Source: Candidatus Pelagibacter ubique HTCC1062 (GTDB lineage: Bacteria > Pseudomonadota > Alphaproteobacteria > Pelagibacterales > Pelagibacteraceae). From it: a stretch of DNA of 32,000 nt. Of this stretch, positions 17,247 through 26,264 are shown in pieces. Both the position numbers and the translations under genes were made by a program. Every line of letters starts with the position of its first letter. Within the stretch, counting starts at the first letter, position 1. The notes beneath the pieces are model-generated. The model saw only the letters and a program-made list of their open reading frames with translations. It was not told the DNA's origin and searched no databases. The stretch is taken from the NCBI RefSeq assembly GCF_000012345.1, contig NC_007205.1, positions 330,001 to 362,000 on the forward strand. Direction: 5' to 3'.

Positions 17247-18231
17247 TTTTTTTTGAATTATTAATTATAAAATCTGCCAATATATTTTTAGCAAGCACTG
17301 AGTTTTTTTTGACTAAAAGTTCAATTTCATTAGTTTTATAAATTAACTGCTCTAACCCATCTTTTTTCCAAGATCTTATTTGTTGAATAACAAGAGGCTT
17401 GTCTTTCCAAAAAATTGGTGGTTTACAAGCAGTAATTGCTTGTTCAATATTGTTTTTTTCTTCAACTAATTCATGAATTTTGACTAGTCTTTTTAGTTTA
17501 GCTAATAATGTTCTAATTATTATGATATTATCTTCATCTGAATAGTTATTTTCACCTAAAATAGTGACTGTTTTCCTGGTATTTTTAGCAAGCGAGTGGT
17601 CCACGAGTTCAGAAGCACTATAATTGTCTGCAATGTTAGTTAACTTAATTATTTCTTGAATGTTCAAATTCTTTTTATTTAATGAAAAATTTTCAATTTT
17701 TTCTAATTCATTATTTAGATTTTTTCTATCACCCCTGCTTCTTTCTACTAAGACATTAATTAATTGCTGAGATATTGGGATTTTTTTATTTCTAAAAAAA
17801 AGACTAATAATTGAATTTAAAGTTTGATTATTATCTTCATAAAACGGGATACATGCAATTGATTTTTCTTTTTCAAAGAGTTTTCTTAAGCTGGATTTTT
17901 TTTCTAAATTTTTTGAATTTAAGATAATTTGTATATCTTCAGGTTTTTTCTCCATCAACTCTTCTATGATTGTTTTAATTTTATCTGTAGCTCTATTAAT
18001 AATTATGAGTTTTTCATTATCAAAAAAAGATTTATTAAAAATATTATTAAAAAAAATATTAATATCATCTAGTATCTCTTTTTCTTCATATCTATGAATT
18101 TTATCTTTATAATTTTTTTCAAATAAATTTTTAATATTCTCTTCTTTTAAACCTTCGTTATCACCATAGAATAAATAAAATTTATAATTATTTAGTTTTA
18201 TTTTGGGTAATTCAAACGACTTTAGTATCAT
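17236..18231 (-). CDS. holA: DNA polymerase III delta subunit
   Basis: About 330 aa with N-terminus FYLFYGDNEGL. Sits in the conserved leuS-lptE-holA order, with a convergent 11-nt overlap with parB. Confidence 0.75.
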   Translation of the reverse strand: MILKSFELPKIKLNNYKFYLFYGDNEGLKEENIKNLFEKNYKDKIHRYEEKEILDDINIFFNNIFNKSFFDNEKLIIINRATDKIKTIIEELMEKKPEDIQIILNSKNLEKKSSLRKLFEKEKSIACIPFYEDNNQTLNSIISLFFRNKKIPISQQLINVLVERSRGDRKNLNNELEKIENFSLNKKNLNIQEIIKLTNIADNYSASELVDHSLAKNTRKTVTILGENNYSDEDNIIIIRTLLAKLKRLVKIHELVEEKNNIEQAITACKPPIFWKDKPLVIQQIRSWKKDGLEQLIYKTNEIELLVKKNSVLAKNILADFIINNSKKTNN

Positions 18232-18692
18232 TGAATATTAGATAGTTTAAAAATTAATTTATCTGCAGCTGTCTCAGCTAAATTATTTTTAATTTCATCT
18301 TCATATTTTTTCAAATTAAATTTATTAGAAATGCTATTATAATTAAAACTTTCCAAAATTATAAAATTACTTTTAAATTTATTGTTCATCAAAACTTCTA
18401 CATTAATAGAAACTAAATTTTTAAAGGATGTGCTGTCCCCAGCAGTATTTTTTGCTAAAGTTATTTTTTCTGAAGTGCTAGAGATTCTTAGTATAAAATC
18501 TTTATCTTTTTTAGCTTGAGCATAGTTATTTAGTTTTTCTTTGATCTTTAGATTAACTATTCTATCTCCAACAAAGCTTAAATCACTTACTGAAAAACTA
18601 TAATTTACAGAATTCTTTTTGGAGTAAATTGCTTCATACCCACATGATGATAGTAGTAATAAAAGAAGAAGTATAATTTGTTTTCGGAGCAT
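18228..18692 (-). CDS. lptE: LPS-assembly lipoprotein LptE (RlpB-like)
   Basis: Lipoprotein signal with lipobox LLSSCG. Small protein located between leuS and holA, as in most proteobacteria. Confidence 0.65.
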   Translation of the reverse strand: MLRKQIILLLLLLLSSCGYEAIYSKKNSVNYSFSVSDLSFVGDRIVNLKIKEKLNNYAQAKKDKDFILRISSTSEKITLAKNTAGDSTSFKNLVSINVEVLMNNKFKSNFIILESFNYNSISNKFNLKKYEDEIKNNLAETAADKLIFKLSNIQ

Positions 18693-18695
18693 TTT

Positions 18696-21230
18696 TTATA
18701 GTATAATATTTATAAGCCTGTTGGGTACAAATATTGATTTTTTTATTGTTTTGTCTTTTAAAAATTTTTCAATTTCTAGGTTTGTTTTTATGATCTCTAA
18801 AATTTCTTTTTCAACCACATCTCTTTTTATCTTTAAAATAGCTCTTTTTTTACCATTAATCTGAACAACAAAGTTAATATCTTCTTCTATCAAATCTTCC
18901 TTTGAAATTTCTGGCCAACTTATTTGATTTTCATTAATGGTACTTAAACATTCATTTGAAAAATGTGGAATAAATGGATTCATTACAATTAAAATTTTTT
19001 TATAGTTTTCAATTAAAATCTCTTTTTTTATAGGCTTGTCTATTTCTTTGATCAAAAAATTATACATTTCATAAAAGTTAGCAACTATTACATTATAATG
19101 AAACTTTTCTAGGTTTTGGGTTATTTTATTAATTAGTTGATTAGTAAATTTAGCTAAATCGTTACCCTCACTGCCTTGATCATTATTTTTTATTTTATCT
19201 AAAATTTTAGAATTTAATGTCCATAGTTTTTGAACAAATTTAAATGATGCTAACATTCCCTGATCTGACCATTGCACATCTTTTTCTGGAGGACTGTCTG
19301 ATAAAATAAATAATCTAACAGAATCTGCCCCATAATTTTTTATTATATTCTCTGGATCTATTGTATTTTTTTTAGATTTTGACATAGACTCTGTTGGTCC
19401 AACAATTATTTTTTCAGAAGGATTATCTTTTTTATAAAATTTTTTACCATCTTCTGAAGTTACCTCATCAGGACTTAACCATTTATTATTTTGGTCTTTG
19501 TAAGTTTCGTGACAAACCATTCCTTGTGTAAACAATCCATCGAACGGTTCTTTTAATTTAAAATCATCATTTTTATAAGATAGTGCTTGCATAAAAAACC
19601 TTGAGTATAATAAATGTAAAATAGCATGTTCAACACCTCCAATATACTGGTCAACTGGCATCCAGTAGTTAGCCTCTTCTTGAGTAAATCCACGATCTAG
19701 ATTATGAGGTGAACAAAATCTTAAAAAATACCAAGAAGAATCGACAAAAGTATCCAATGTATCGGTTTCTCTTCTATATTTTTTGCCATCTAAGATAAAG
19801 AATTTCCAGTTATCTTCTGAGTCCAAAGGATTTCCTGTGTTGCTTAATTTTTCAATTTCTGGAAGTTTAACAGGCAACATATCTCTTGGAATTTTAATAG
19901 GCTGATCATTTTCATCATAGGCTATTGGAATAGGACAGCCCCAGTACCTCTGCCTTGATATACCCCAATCTTTTAATCGATAATTAGTCTTTTTTGTTCC
20001 TAGATTATTCTTTTCAAGAAATTCTATAGTTTTAATAATAGATTGGCTTGGAACTTTTAAACCATCAAGAAAATCTGAATTACAAAGATATCCTTCACCC
20101 GTATAAGCCTCATTATTTATTTTAAAGTCTTTATCTTTTTCAGGTTTAACAACAGGTGTAATTTTTAAATTATATTTTTTTGCAAAATCTAAATCTCGTT
20201 GATCATGTGCTGGACAACCAAAAACAGCACCTAACCCATAATCCATTAATACAAAGTTTGCAAAATAAACTGGAACTTTCATATTTTTATCTAGTGGGTT
20301 AACTGCAATCATGTCAGTTTTAAAACCAAGCTTTTCTGCAGAAGCAATAGATTCTTCAGTAGTACCTGTTTTAGAGCACTCTTCTCTAAATTTTTGAAAT
20401 TCTTTATCTTCCTCGTAATATTTTGCTAAAGGGTGGTCAACTGAAAGAGCAAGAAAGGAAAAACCAAATAAAGTATCAGGCCTTGTTGTATAACACTTAA
20501 TACTCTCAATAGGCTTTTCACTTTCAATTTTAAATTCAACTTCACAACCAAACGATTTACCTATCCAGTTCTTTTGCATCACTTTTACTTTATTGGGCCA
20601 ATTTTCTAATGCATCTAATCCTTGCAACAGGTCTTCTGAAAATTTTGAGATATTAAAAAACCATTGATTTAGCTTCTTTCTTTCAACTGTAGCTCCTGAC
20701 CTCCAACCTTTCCCATCTACCACTTGTTCATTGGCAAGAACAGTTTCATCAACTGGGTCCCAGTTAACATAATTTTCTTTTCTGTAAACTAATCCCTTGT
20801 CGTACAGATCTAAAAAAAATTCTTGTTGGTGTTTATAATAATCTTCAGAACAAGTTGAAATTTCTTTGTCCCAGTCAATCGATAACCCAAGCTTTTTAAG
20901 TTGGGATCTCATAGTCTTAATGTTTGATTCAGTCCAGGTTTTAGGATCTAAATTATTTTGTCTTGCAGCATTTTCTGCAGGCATACCAAACGAGTCCCAG
21001 CCCATTGGATGAAGAACATTGTAGCCCTGCAATGTTTTATAACGTGCTAGCACATCACCAATTGTATAATTTCTAACATGTCCCATATGGATTTTACCAG
21101 ATGGATATGGAAACATTTCTAGGCAATAAAATTTTTTTTTGGTTTTATCTAATTTTGATGAAAAAACTTTATTCTTATGCCAAAATTTTTGCCATTTTTC
21201 TTCTACAGTTTTAAAATTATATCTATCCAT
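18696..21230 (-). CDS. leuS: leucyl-tRNA synthetase
   Basis: Class I motifs HMGH ([15 protein letters not shown]) and KMSKS (SMSKSKKN). 844 aa. Confidence 0.97.
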   Translation of the reverse strand: MDRYNFKTVEEKWQKFWHKNKVFSSKLDKTKKKFYCLEMFPYPSGKIHMGHVRNYTIGDVLARYKTLQGYNVLHPMGWDSFGMPAENAARQNNLDPKTWTESNIKTMRSQLKKLGLSIDWDKEISTCSEDYYKHQQEFFLDLYDKGLVYRKENYVNWDPVDETVLANEQVVDGKGWRSGATVERKKLNQWFFNISKFSEDLLQGLDALENWPNKVKVMQKNWIGKSFGCEVEFKIESEKPIESIKCYTTRPDTLFGFSFLALSVDHPLAKYYEEDKEFQKFREECSKTGTTEESIASAEKLGFKTDMIAVNPLDKNMKVPVYFANFVLMDYGLGAVFGCPAHDQRDLDFAKKYNLKITPVVKPEKDKDFKINNEAYTGEGYLCNSDFLDGLKVPSQSIIKTIEFLEKNNLGTKKTNYRLKDWGISRQRYWGCPIPIAYDENDQPIKIPRDMLPVKLPEIEKLSNTGNPLDSEDNWKFFILDGKKYRRETDTLDTFVDSSWYFLRFCSPHNLDRGFTQEEANYWMPVDQYIGGVEHAILHLLYSRFFMQALSYKNDDFKLKEPFDGLFTQGMVCHETYKDQNNKWLSPDEVTSEDGKKFYKKDNPSEKIIVGPTESMSKSKKNTIDPENIIKNYGADSVRLFILSDSPPEKDVQWSDQGMLASFKFVQKLWTLNSKILDKIKNNDQGSEGNDLAKFTNQLINKITQNLEKFHYNVIVANFYEMYNFLIKEIDKPIKKEILIENYKKILIVMNPFIPHFSNECLSTINENQISWPEISKEDLIEEDINFVVQINGKKRAILKIKRDVVEKEILEIIKTNLEIEKFLKDKTIKKSIFVPNRLINIIL

Positions 21231-21260
21231 AAAATTAATTATTAATTTTATTATTATTTA

Positions 21261-21818
21261 TTAATCTTTGGGGTCAGAAGTGATATATGGTTTGAAGTTT
21301 TTATCTTTCATTTGTTTTTCGTAAACAGCTGCGGTTTTTAAAATTTTATTTGTCAATTCAGAAACTAAATTCCCAGACTTTTCAGTTATCACACAATTAA
21401 ATTGCACATTACACTCTCTATTAAAAACTTTTATATCTAAAGCATCAGACCTTACTTCATTAGTTAAAAACCTTATTGAGATTTTAATACTTTCATTGTC
21501 AACATTTGATGAATACCAATCTGTGATTATAATGCCTCCACTATAATTTACAGAAGCTAATGGCATAAAATCAATTGTGTCTAAGGAAGCTCTCCATAAT
21601 TCATTCGAACTTGCAAACTCAAATGTTCCACCTTTATTTTTCCCAACATCTGAAAGTCTAAAACCTCTACCTTCCTCAATATTTTTTTTAACACGTGCTT
21701 CGGGGTTAGGAGGATATTTTCTTGCGTCAGCACCGGGTAATTTACCACCACAAGAATTTAAAAAAATTGCAGAAAGAAATATTAAAAATAAGAATTTTAG
21801 GTTTTTTGCTATATTCAT
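21261..21818 (-). CDS. DUF3576-family lipoprotein
   Basis: Signal peptide plus lipobox (FLNSCGG). The central LWRASLDTIDFMPLASVNYSGGIIITDWY block matches my recollection of the alphaproteobacterial DUF3576 signature. Adjacent to leuS. Confidence 0.65.
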   Translation of the reverse strand: MNIAKNLKFLFLIFLSAIFLNSCGGKLPGADARKYPPNPEARVKKNIEEGRGFRLSDVGKNKGGTFEFASSNELWRASLDTIDFMPLASVNYSGGIIITDWYSSNVDNESIKISIRFLTNEVRSDALDIKVFNRECNVQFNCVITEKSGNLVSELTNKILKTAAVYEKQMKDKNFKPYITSDPKD

Positions 21819-22027
21819 GAAAAATTTATTGTTATTTTGAGAATTTACACACTTTACTTAAGAAAACATTAAAAATATAGGAAAATAGACATACAATGTG
21901 ATGTATATATGCAACACATATTAAAAATTTAATAAATATATGGACTTTATAAACAACTAAAACCCAGATTTCTATATAGATACCGTGTTTAATATTAAAC
22001 AATAAACAATAACAATAAGGAAAAAAT

Positions 22028-23017
22028 ATGAATAACTTAAAAAAAATAGGACTAACAGCTTTAGCTGGTTGTCTAGCCGTAACTTCAGTGCACGCATCTG
22101 AATTAACTGCATCTGGTTCAGCTAGTATTGGTTTCGGTGGTGCTGATAAAGGTACTTCTGCAAACGGTTTCTACATGAATGATGAAGTAACTTTTTCAGG
22201 TAGTGGAGAATTAGATAATGGTTGGAATGTAACTTTATCTATGCAAGTAGATAACAACGAAAACGTTGGAACTTCTACATTTGATAACAGAAGTGTGACT
22301 ATTAATATGGGTGATGCTGGAACTTTTGCTTTTGGTGGTCATGGTCTTGATTCAGTTGTAGGTGGTGTTGACGATGTAATGCCAACAGCTTACGGTGAAA
22401 CTTGGGATATCATTTCAAACACTGTAGATAATGGTGGTGTAACTTCTACTGCTTCTACATTATTTGGTGCTATCGGTTCAGCTGGAAGTAACAACATGAT
22501 GAGATACGACAACACAACTGCTGTTGAAGGTCTTAAAATTTCTGCTTCATACGTTCCATCTGGAACTGGTGAAGTTGAAAGTTCAGTTGACTACGGTCTT
22601 GAATACACTGGCTACGAAGGTTTAACTCTTGGTTATGCTATGGGTGAAAACAATGCTGCTGGTGGAACTAGCAACACTGACAATGACACTATGTATGTTA
22701 AATATGCATATGGTCCAGTAACTGTTGGTTACCAAAAATCAGAAATAGATGCTACTACAGCAACTGATACTGACGAATGGACTGCATATGGTGTTACTTA
22801 CGCTGTATCAGATAGTCTATCAGTTGGTTACGCTGAGTCTACTTACGATGCAGGTAGTTCAACTACTGACCAAGAAAACTCTAACCTATCAGTATCATAC
22901 ACTCAAGGTGGAATGACTTTAGCAGCAGGTTTTGCTGAAGAGAAAAACAGAGGTGGTTTAACTACAGCTGTTAATGATGTTAAAGGTTACGATATAAGTT
23001 TAGCATTTGCATTCTAA
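22028..23017 (+). CDS. outer-membrane beta-barrel porin
   Basis: Signal peptide MNNLKKIGLTALAGCLAVTSVHA/SE. Alternating amphipathic strands rich in G/T/S/Y/D, and a C-terminal ...SLAFAF ending in Phe. Strong SD AAGGA, high-expression codon pattern, and a strong intrinsic terminator downstream. Confidence 0.78.
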   Translation: MNNLKKIGLTALAGCLAVTSVHASELTASGSASIGFGGADKGTSANGFYMNDEVTFSGSGELDNGWNVTLSMQVDNNENVGTSTFDNRSVTINMGDAGTFAFGGHGLDSVVGGVDDVMPTAYGETWDIISNTVDNGGVTSTASTLFGAIGSAGSNNMMRYDNTTAVEGLKISASYVPSGTGEVESSVDYGLEYTGYEGLTLGYAMGENNAAGGTSNTDNDTMYVKYAYGPVTVGYQKSEIDATTATDTDEWTAYGVTYAVSDSLSVGYAESTYDAGSSTTDQENSNLSVSYTQGGMTLAAGFAEEKNRGGLTTAVNDVKGYDISLAFAF

Positions 23018-23040
23018 TTAATTTAGAACACAAATTAATA

Positions 23041-23070
23041 AAAGGGCCCCTTTTTAGGGGCCTTTTTTTT
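23041..23070. terminator. bidirectional intrinsic terminator
   Basis: Stem GGCCCC (23045-23050) pairs with GGGGCC (23057-23062), with loop TTTTTA. Flanked by an A-run upstream and T8 (23063-23070) downstream. Serves the convergent porin and thiE-like genes. Confidence 0.85.
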
Positions 23071-23596
23071 GTTCAAAAAAAGAAATACCAGCAAAGCCTA
23101 TACAGTTAACTAAATTTAATTTTTTCAAACTAGTCTTTGAAATACCACCAAGAGCTATAAATGGTTTTTTACTCAGACGAGATAGAAACTTAAATCTATT
23201 AATACCTAAAAAGTTTTTATTTTTTTTAAATATTGATGATAAAAAAATTGCTTTAACATTTTGTGATTCCTTATTTCTTATTTCAAAAACATTGTGAGCA
23301 GAACCTAAAATAATAAAATTTTTTTTAAAAGAATAAGAGAGATGTTTTTTGTCGTTATTAAAAGATGGAATGTACGCCCCATTCAAGTTAAGTTTTATGG
23401 CTAATTTTATGTTGTTTGATAGTAAGAATTTGTGACCTCTCTTTTTACAATAACTTTTTATTCTTAAAATTAGTTTTTCATCTATATCTTGGTCATAATT
23501 CCTGTAGATTATAGTGGTTTCTTGATCTTGTTTATCTATATGACTTTGATTAAATTTATTTATGAAGTAATATTTTTTTAGAATTTTATTATGCAT
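23054..23596 (-). CDS. thiamine-phosphate synthase-like (ThiE/TenI fold) protein
   Basis: About 180 aa with ThiE-like blocks (YYFIN..., LNGAYIPS, ILGSAHN, IFLSSIFKK, FIALGGIS). Divergent from the canonical ThiE motifs, so the function is tentative. Confidence 0.5.
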   Translation of the reverse strand: MHNKILKKYYFINKFNQSHIDKQDQETTIIYRNYDQDIDEKLILRIKSYCKKRGHKFLLSNNIKLAIKLNLNGAYIPSFNNDKKHLSYSFKKNFIILGSAHNVFEIRNKESQNVKAIFLSSIFKKNKNFLGINRFKFLSRLSKKPFIALGGISKTSLKKLNLVNCIGFAGISFFEQKKGP

Positions 23597-24241
23597 AATA
23601 CAGTTAAAAATTTAATTTATATAGAAGACCTCGTTAAATCTAAAGTAAATCATGTTAAATTGCCTAAAATTATTGCAGTATCAAAGACTTTTCCAATAGA
23701 AAATATTTTACCATTAATTGAGTATGGCCATCTTCATTTTGGAGAAAATAAAGTTCAAGAAGCCCTTGATAAGTGGGTTCACATAAAAAATCAAAATCCG
23801 AGTATTCAGCTTCATTTAATTGGAAGACTTCAAACCAATAAAGTAAAAGTAGCTTTAAGAATATTTGATTATATTCATGCATTGGATAGTGAAAAATTAG
23901 CTAATAAAATTGCTGATGAACAAACTAAACAAGGAAAAAAACCTAAGATATTTATTCAAGTCAATATTGGTAACGAAAATCAAAAATCTGGAATAAATAA
24001 AGAAAGACTGAGTGATTTTTATAAATTTTGCAAAAATTTAAATTTAGATATCATTGGTACGATGTGTATTCCACCAAATGATGACAATACCAAAAAATAT
24101 TTTTCTGAGATGAATGAAATAAACCAAGAATTAGACTTTAAAGAGCTAAGTATGGGCATGTCGGGAGATTACTTGGAGGCTATTAGATATAATGCAACAT
24201 ATGTTAGAGTTGGCTCAAAAATATTTGGTAGTAGAACTTAA
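23591..24241 (+). CDS. yggS: YggS-family pyridoxal-phosphate homeostasis protein
   Basis: IIAVSKTFP (PLP lysine), HFGENKVQEA, HLIGRLQTNK, and C-terminal LSMGMSGDY...VRVGSKIFG. Confidence 0.87.
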   Translation: MHNTVKNLIYIEDLVKSKVNHVKLPKIIAVSKTFPIENILPLIEYGHLHFGENKVQEALDKWVHIKNQNPSIQLHLIGRLQTNKVKVALRIFDYIHALDSEKLANKIADEQTKQGKKPKIFIQVNIGNENQKSGINKERLSDFYKFCKNLNLDIIGTMCIPPNDDNTKKYFSEMNEINQELDFKELSMGMSGDYLEAIRYNATYVRVGSKIFGSRT

Positions 24242-24726
24242 CCAATTTTAATTTTAGTTTTTTTATCTATTAATTTTAGTAAAATTTCAAAATCTTTTTT
24301 TTTTAGAGTAACACATCCCGCTGTTGGTTTATAATCATCTGTTAAATGAATAAATACTGCGCTCCCTTTACCTGGAGTTTTTTTTTCATTGTGACTAATT
24401 GAAATTATATAATCATATTTATGATCTTTTCTATGAAGGTTTTCTCTAAAATTTTTATTGTTTGTTGTAATTTCTTCATTATATTTTTTGTGTTTTGGGT
24501 CATCACACCAAGCCATATCTTGTTCAATGATCTTTTTATTGATTTTGCATTTTGGGATACCAACACGATCTTTTCTAAAATATAATTTTCTTAAATTAAA
24601 TAACCCTTTTGGGGTTGAATGATCTCCCTCTTTTTTATTAGAATTTAAGCCACTTTTTCCAACAGAGCATTTCAATTTAAATTCGTCAATTATAAGAGTG
24701 TTTTTATTTGGCACATGAATTATCAT
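24238..24726 (-). CDS. L,D-transpeptidase catalytic-domain family protein (YkuD-like, no signal peptide)
   Basis: GDHSTPKGLF and GSAVFIHLT...TAGCVTL (His/Cys catalytic motif). Confidence 0.65.
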   Translation of the reverse strand: MIIHVPNKNTLIIDEFKLKCSVGKSGLNSNKKEGDHSTPKGLFNLRKLYFRKDRVGIPKCKINKKIIEQDMAWCDDPKHKKYNEEITTNNKNFRENLHRKDHKYDYIISISHNEKKTPGKGSAVFIHLTDDYKPTAGCVTLKKKDFEILLKLIDKKTKIKIG

Positions 24727-24746
24727 AAGTAATATTAAATATAATT

Positions 24747-25328
24747 ATGCAAAATGTTTTTATTTTAAACTTTAATTCACTATATGAAATTTTAGACGAG
24801 ATAAAAGAAAATTTATCTTTTACGATTATAAAAATTGAGAATGAAGAAGATTTTCAAAAGAAATTTGATCTAAATAGATTAGATTATTTAATAATTTCAA
24901 AAACAGGTCATAAATTACTACGAAATATTAATATAACTGATAAAAATTTTTTACATTTTAATGATCTGCCCTTATCATTTAAAAAATTAATAGAATTAAT
25001 CAATATTAAATTAATCAAATTAAAATTTAACCAACAGTCTAAGATTATAATTAAGGGCTATGAGTTAAATTTAAATTCTAAATTCTTTTCTAAAGATAAT
25101 TTAAAATTAAAGTTAACAGAAAAAGAAATTGAAATTATTTTGTATTTAAATAATAAAAAAATTAAACACAATGTTGAAGACTTACAAAAAAATATATGGT
25201 GTTACTCGGCAAATATGGAAACCCACACGGTAGAAACACATATTTATAGACTTCGAAAAAAAATAAGTGATTTATTCAAAGATGAAAAATTTATACTAAG
25301 CCATAAAAATGGCTATTTTATTGACTAA
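24747..25328 (+). CDS. OmpR/PhoB-type winged-helix transcriptional regulator with a degenerate receiver-like N-terminus
   Basis: C-terminal trans_reg_C pattern: LTEKEIEIILYL...THTVETHIYRLRKKI...GYFI. The N-terminal ~95 aa are receiver-like but lack obvious acidic-pocket and acceptor Asp residues. Confidence 0.65.
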   Translation: MQNVFILNFNSLYEILDEIKENLSFTIIKIENEEDFQKKFDLNRLDYLIISKTGHKLLRNINITDKNFLHFNDLPLSFKKLIELINIKLIKLKFNQQSKIIIKGYELNLNSKFFSKDNLKLKLTEKEIEIILYLNNKKIKHNVEDLQKNIWCYSANMETHTVETHIYRLRKKISDLFKDEKFILSHKNGYFID

Positions 25329-25333
25329 AATAG

Positions 25334-26263
25334 CTAATCTAGTCTGGCACCAATTTTTTGAATTATCTTTGAAGACATTGCAGTCCCTTTTTCGAGACAT
25401 TCTCTAGTAGAACTATTATTGATTAACCCATGAAGAAAACCAGCCGCAAATAGATCTCCAGCACCTGTTAAGTCTACAATTTTTAAATTTGGTTTACTTT
25501 TACATTCTGTAATTTCTTGATTCTTAACAGCAATGCTTCCTTTTTCACCACGTGTGATAATTAAAAGTTTCCCCAGTTGTTTTCCAAATTCAATAACCTC
25601 TTCAAAGTTTTTAGCATTAATTAATGATCTAATTTCTTGTTCGTTAGCAAAGGTAATATCAAGTTTATTTTTAACTAAATCTAAAAAATCACTTTTATGT
25701 CTATCCACACAAAATTGATCTGATAAGGACATTGCTTTAGTGTTAGACATTGACATTGCCTTATCAAAAGCTGACTTGGGTTCTCCCTCATCCCACAAAT
25801 ATCCTTCTAAAAATATCATTTTACTTTCTTGTATAGCTTTTTCATTAATATCACTGGGGCTAATTTTTCCAGCAATACCTAAAAATGTAACCATAGTTCT
25901 TTCTGCATCTGGTGTGATTAAGATTAAACAAGTACCCGTTGGTGAGATTTCTTTTTTTTTATTATAAAAATATTGAACTTTTTCTTTAGTTAGACCTTCT
26001 TCGTATTTTTGTCCCAAATTATCATCGTTAACTTTACCTATAAACCCAACATCATTTCCTAATTGTGATAGTCCAACAATAGAATTTGCAACCGACCCAC
26101 CAGAGATAGTTTGTTCTATCTTAAGACTTGATAAAAGTTTTTTAAATTCTATTTCGTCAACCAGTTTCATTGTACTTTTTATTAATTGATTATTTATTAA
26201 GTATTGGTCATCAACTTTACAAATGACGTCAACAATGGCATTACCAATTCCTAGTATTTTCAT
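25334..26263 (-). CDS. PfkB-family carbohydrate/nucleoside kinase (adenosine-kinase-like)
   Basis: N-terminal ILGIGNAIVD, GGSVANS, and the C-terminal DLTGAGDLFAAGFLHG motif of the PfkB family. Confidence 0.8.
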   Translation of the reverse strand: MKILGIGNAIVDVICKVDDQYLINNQLIKSTMKLVDEIEFKKLLSSLKIEQTISGGSVANSIVGLSQLGNDVGFIGKVNDDNLGQKYEEGLTKEKVQYFYNKKKEISPTGTCLILITPDAERTMVTFLGIAGKISPSDINEKAIQESKMIFLEGYLWDEGEPKSAFDKAMSMSNTKAMSLSDQFCVDRHKSDFLDLVKNKLDITFANEQEIRSLINAKNFEEVIEFGKQLGKLLIITRGEKGSIAVKNQEITECKSKPNLKIVDLTGAGDLFAAGFLHGLINNSSTRECLEKGTAMSSKIIQKIGARLD

Positions 26264-26264
26264 A

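Noticed and set aside
22028-23017. The higher-GC porin gene, considered as a horizontally acquired island.
   Set aside because: There are no flanking mobility genes, tRNA or repeats. The codon pattern (C-ending Tyr codons, GGT/GCT/ACT) and the strong SD and terminator fit a native, very highly expressed gene better than foreign DNA.
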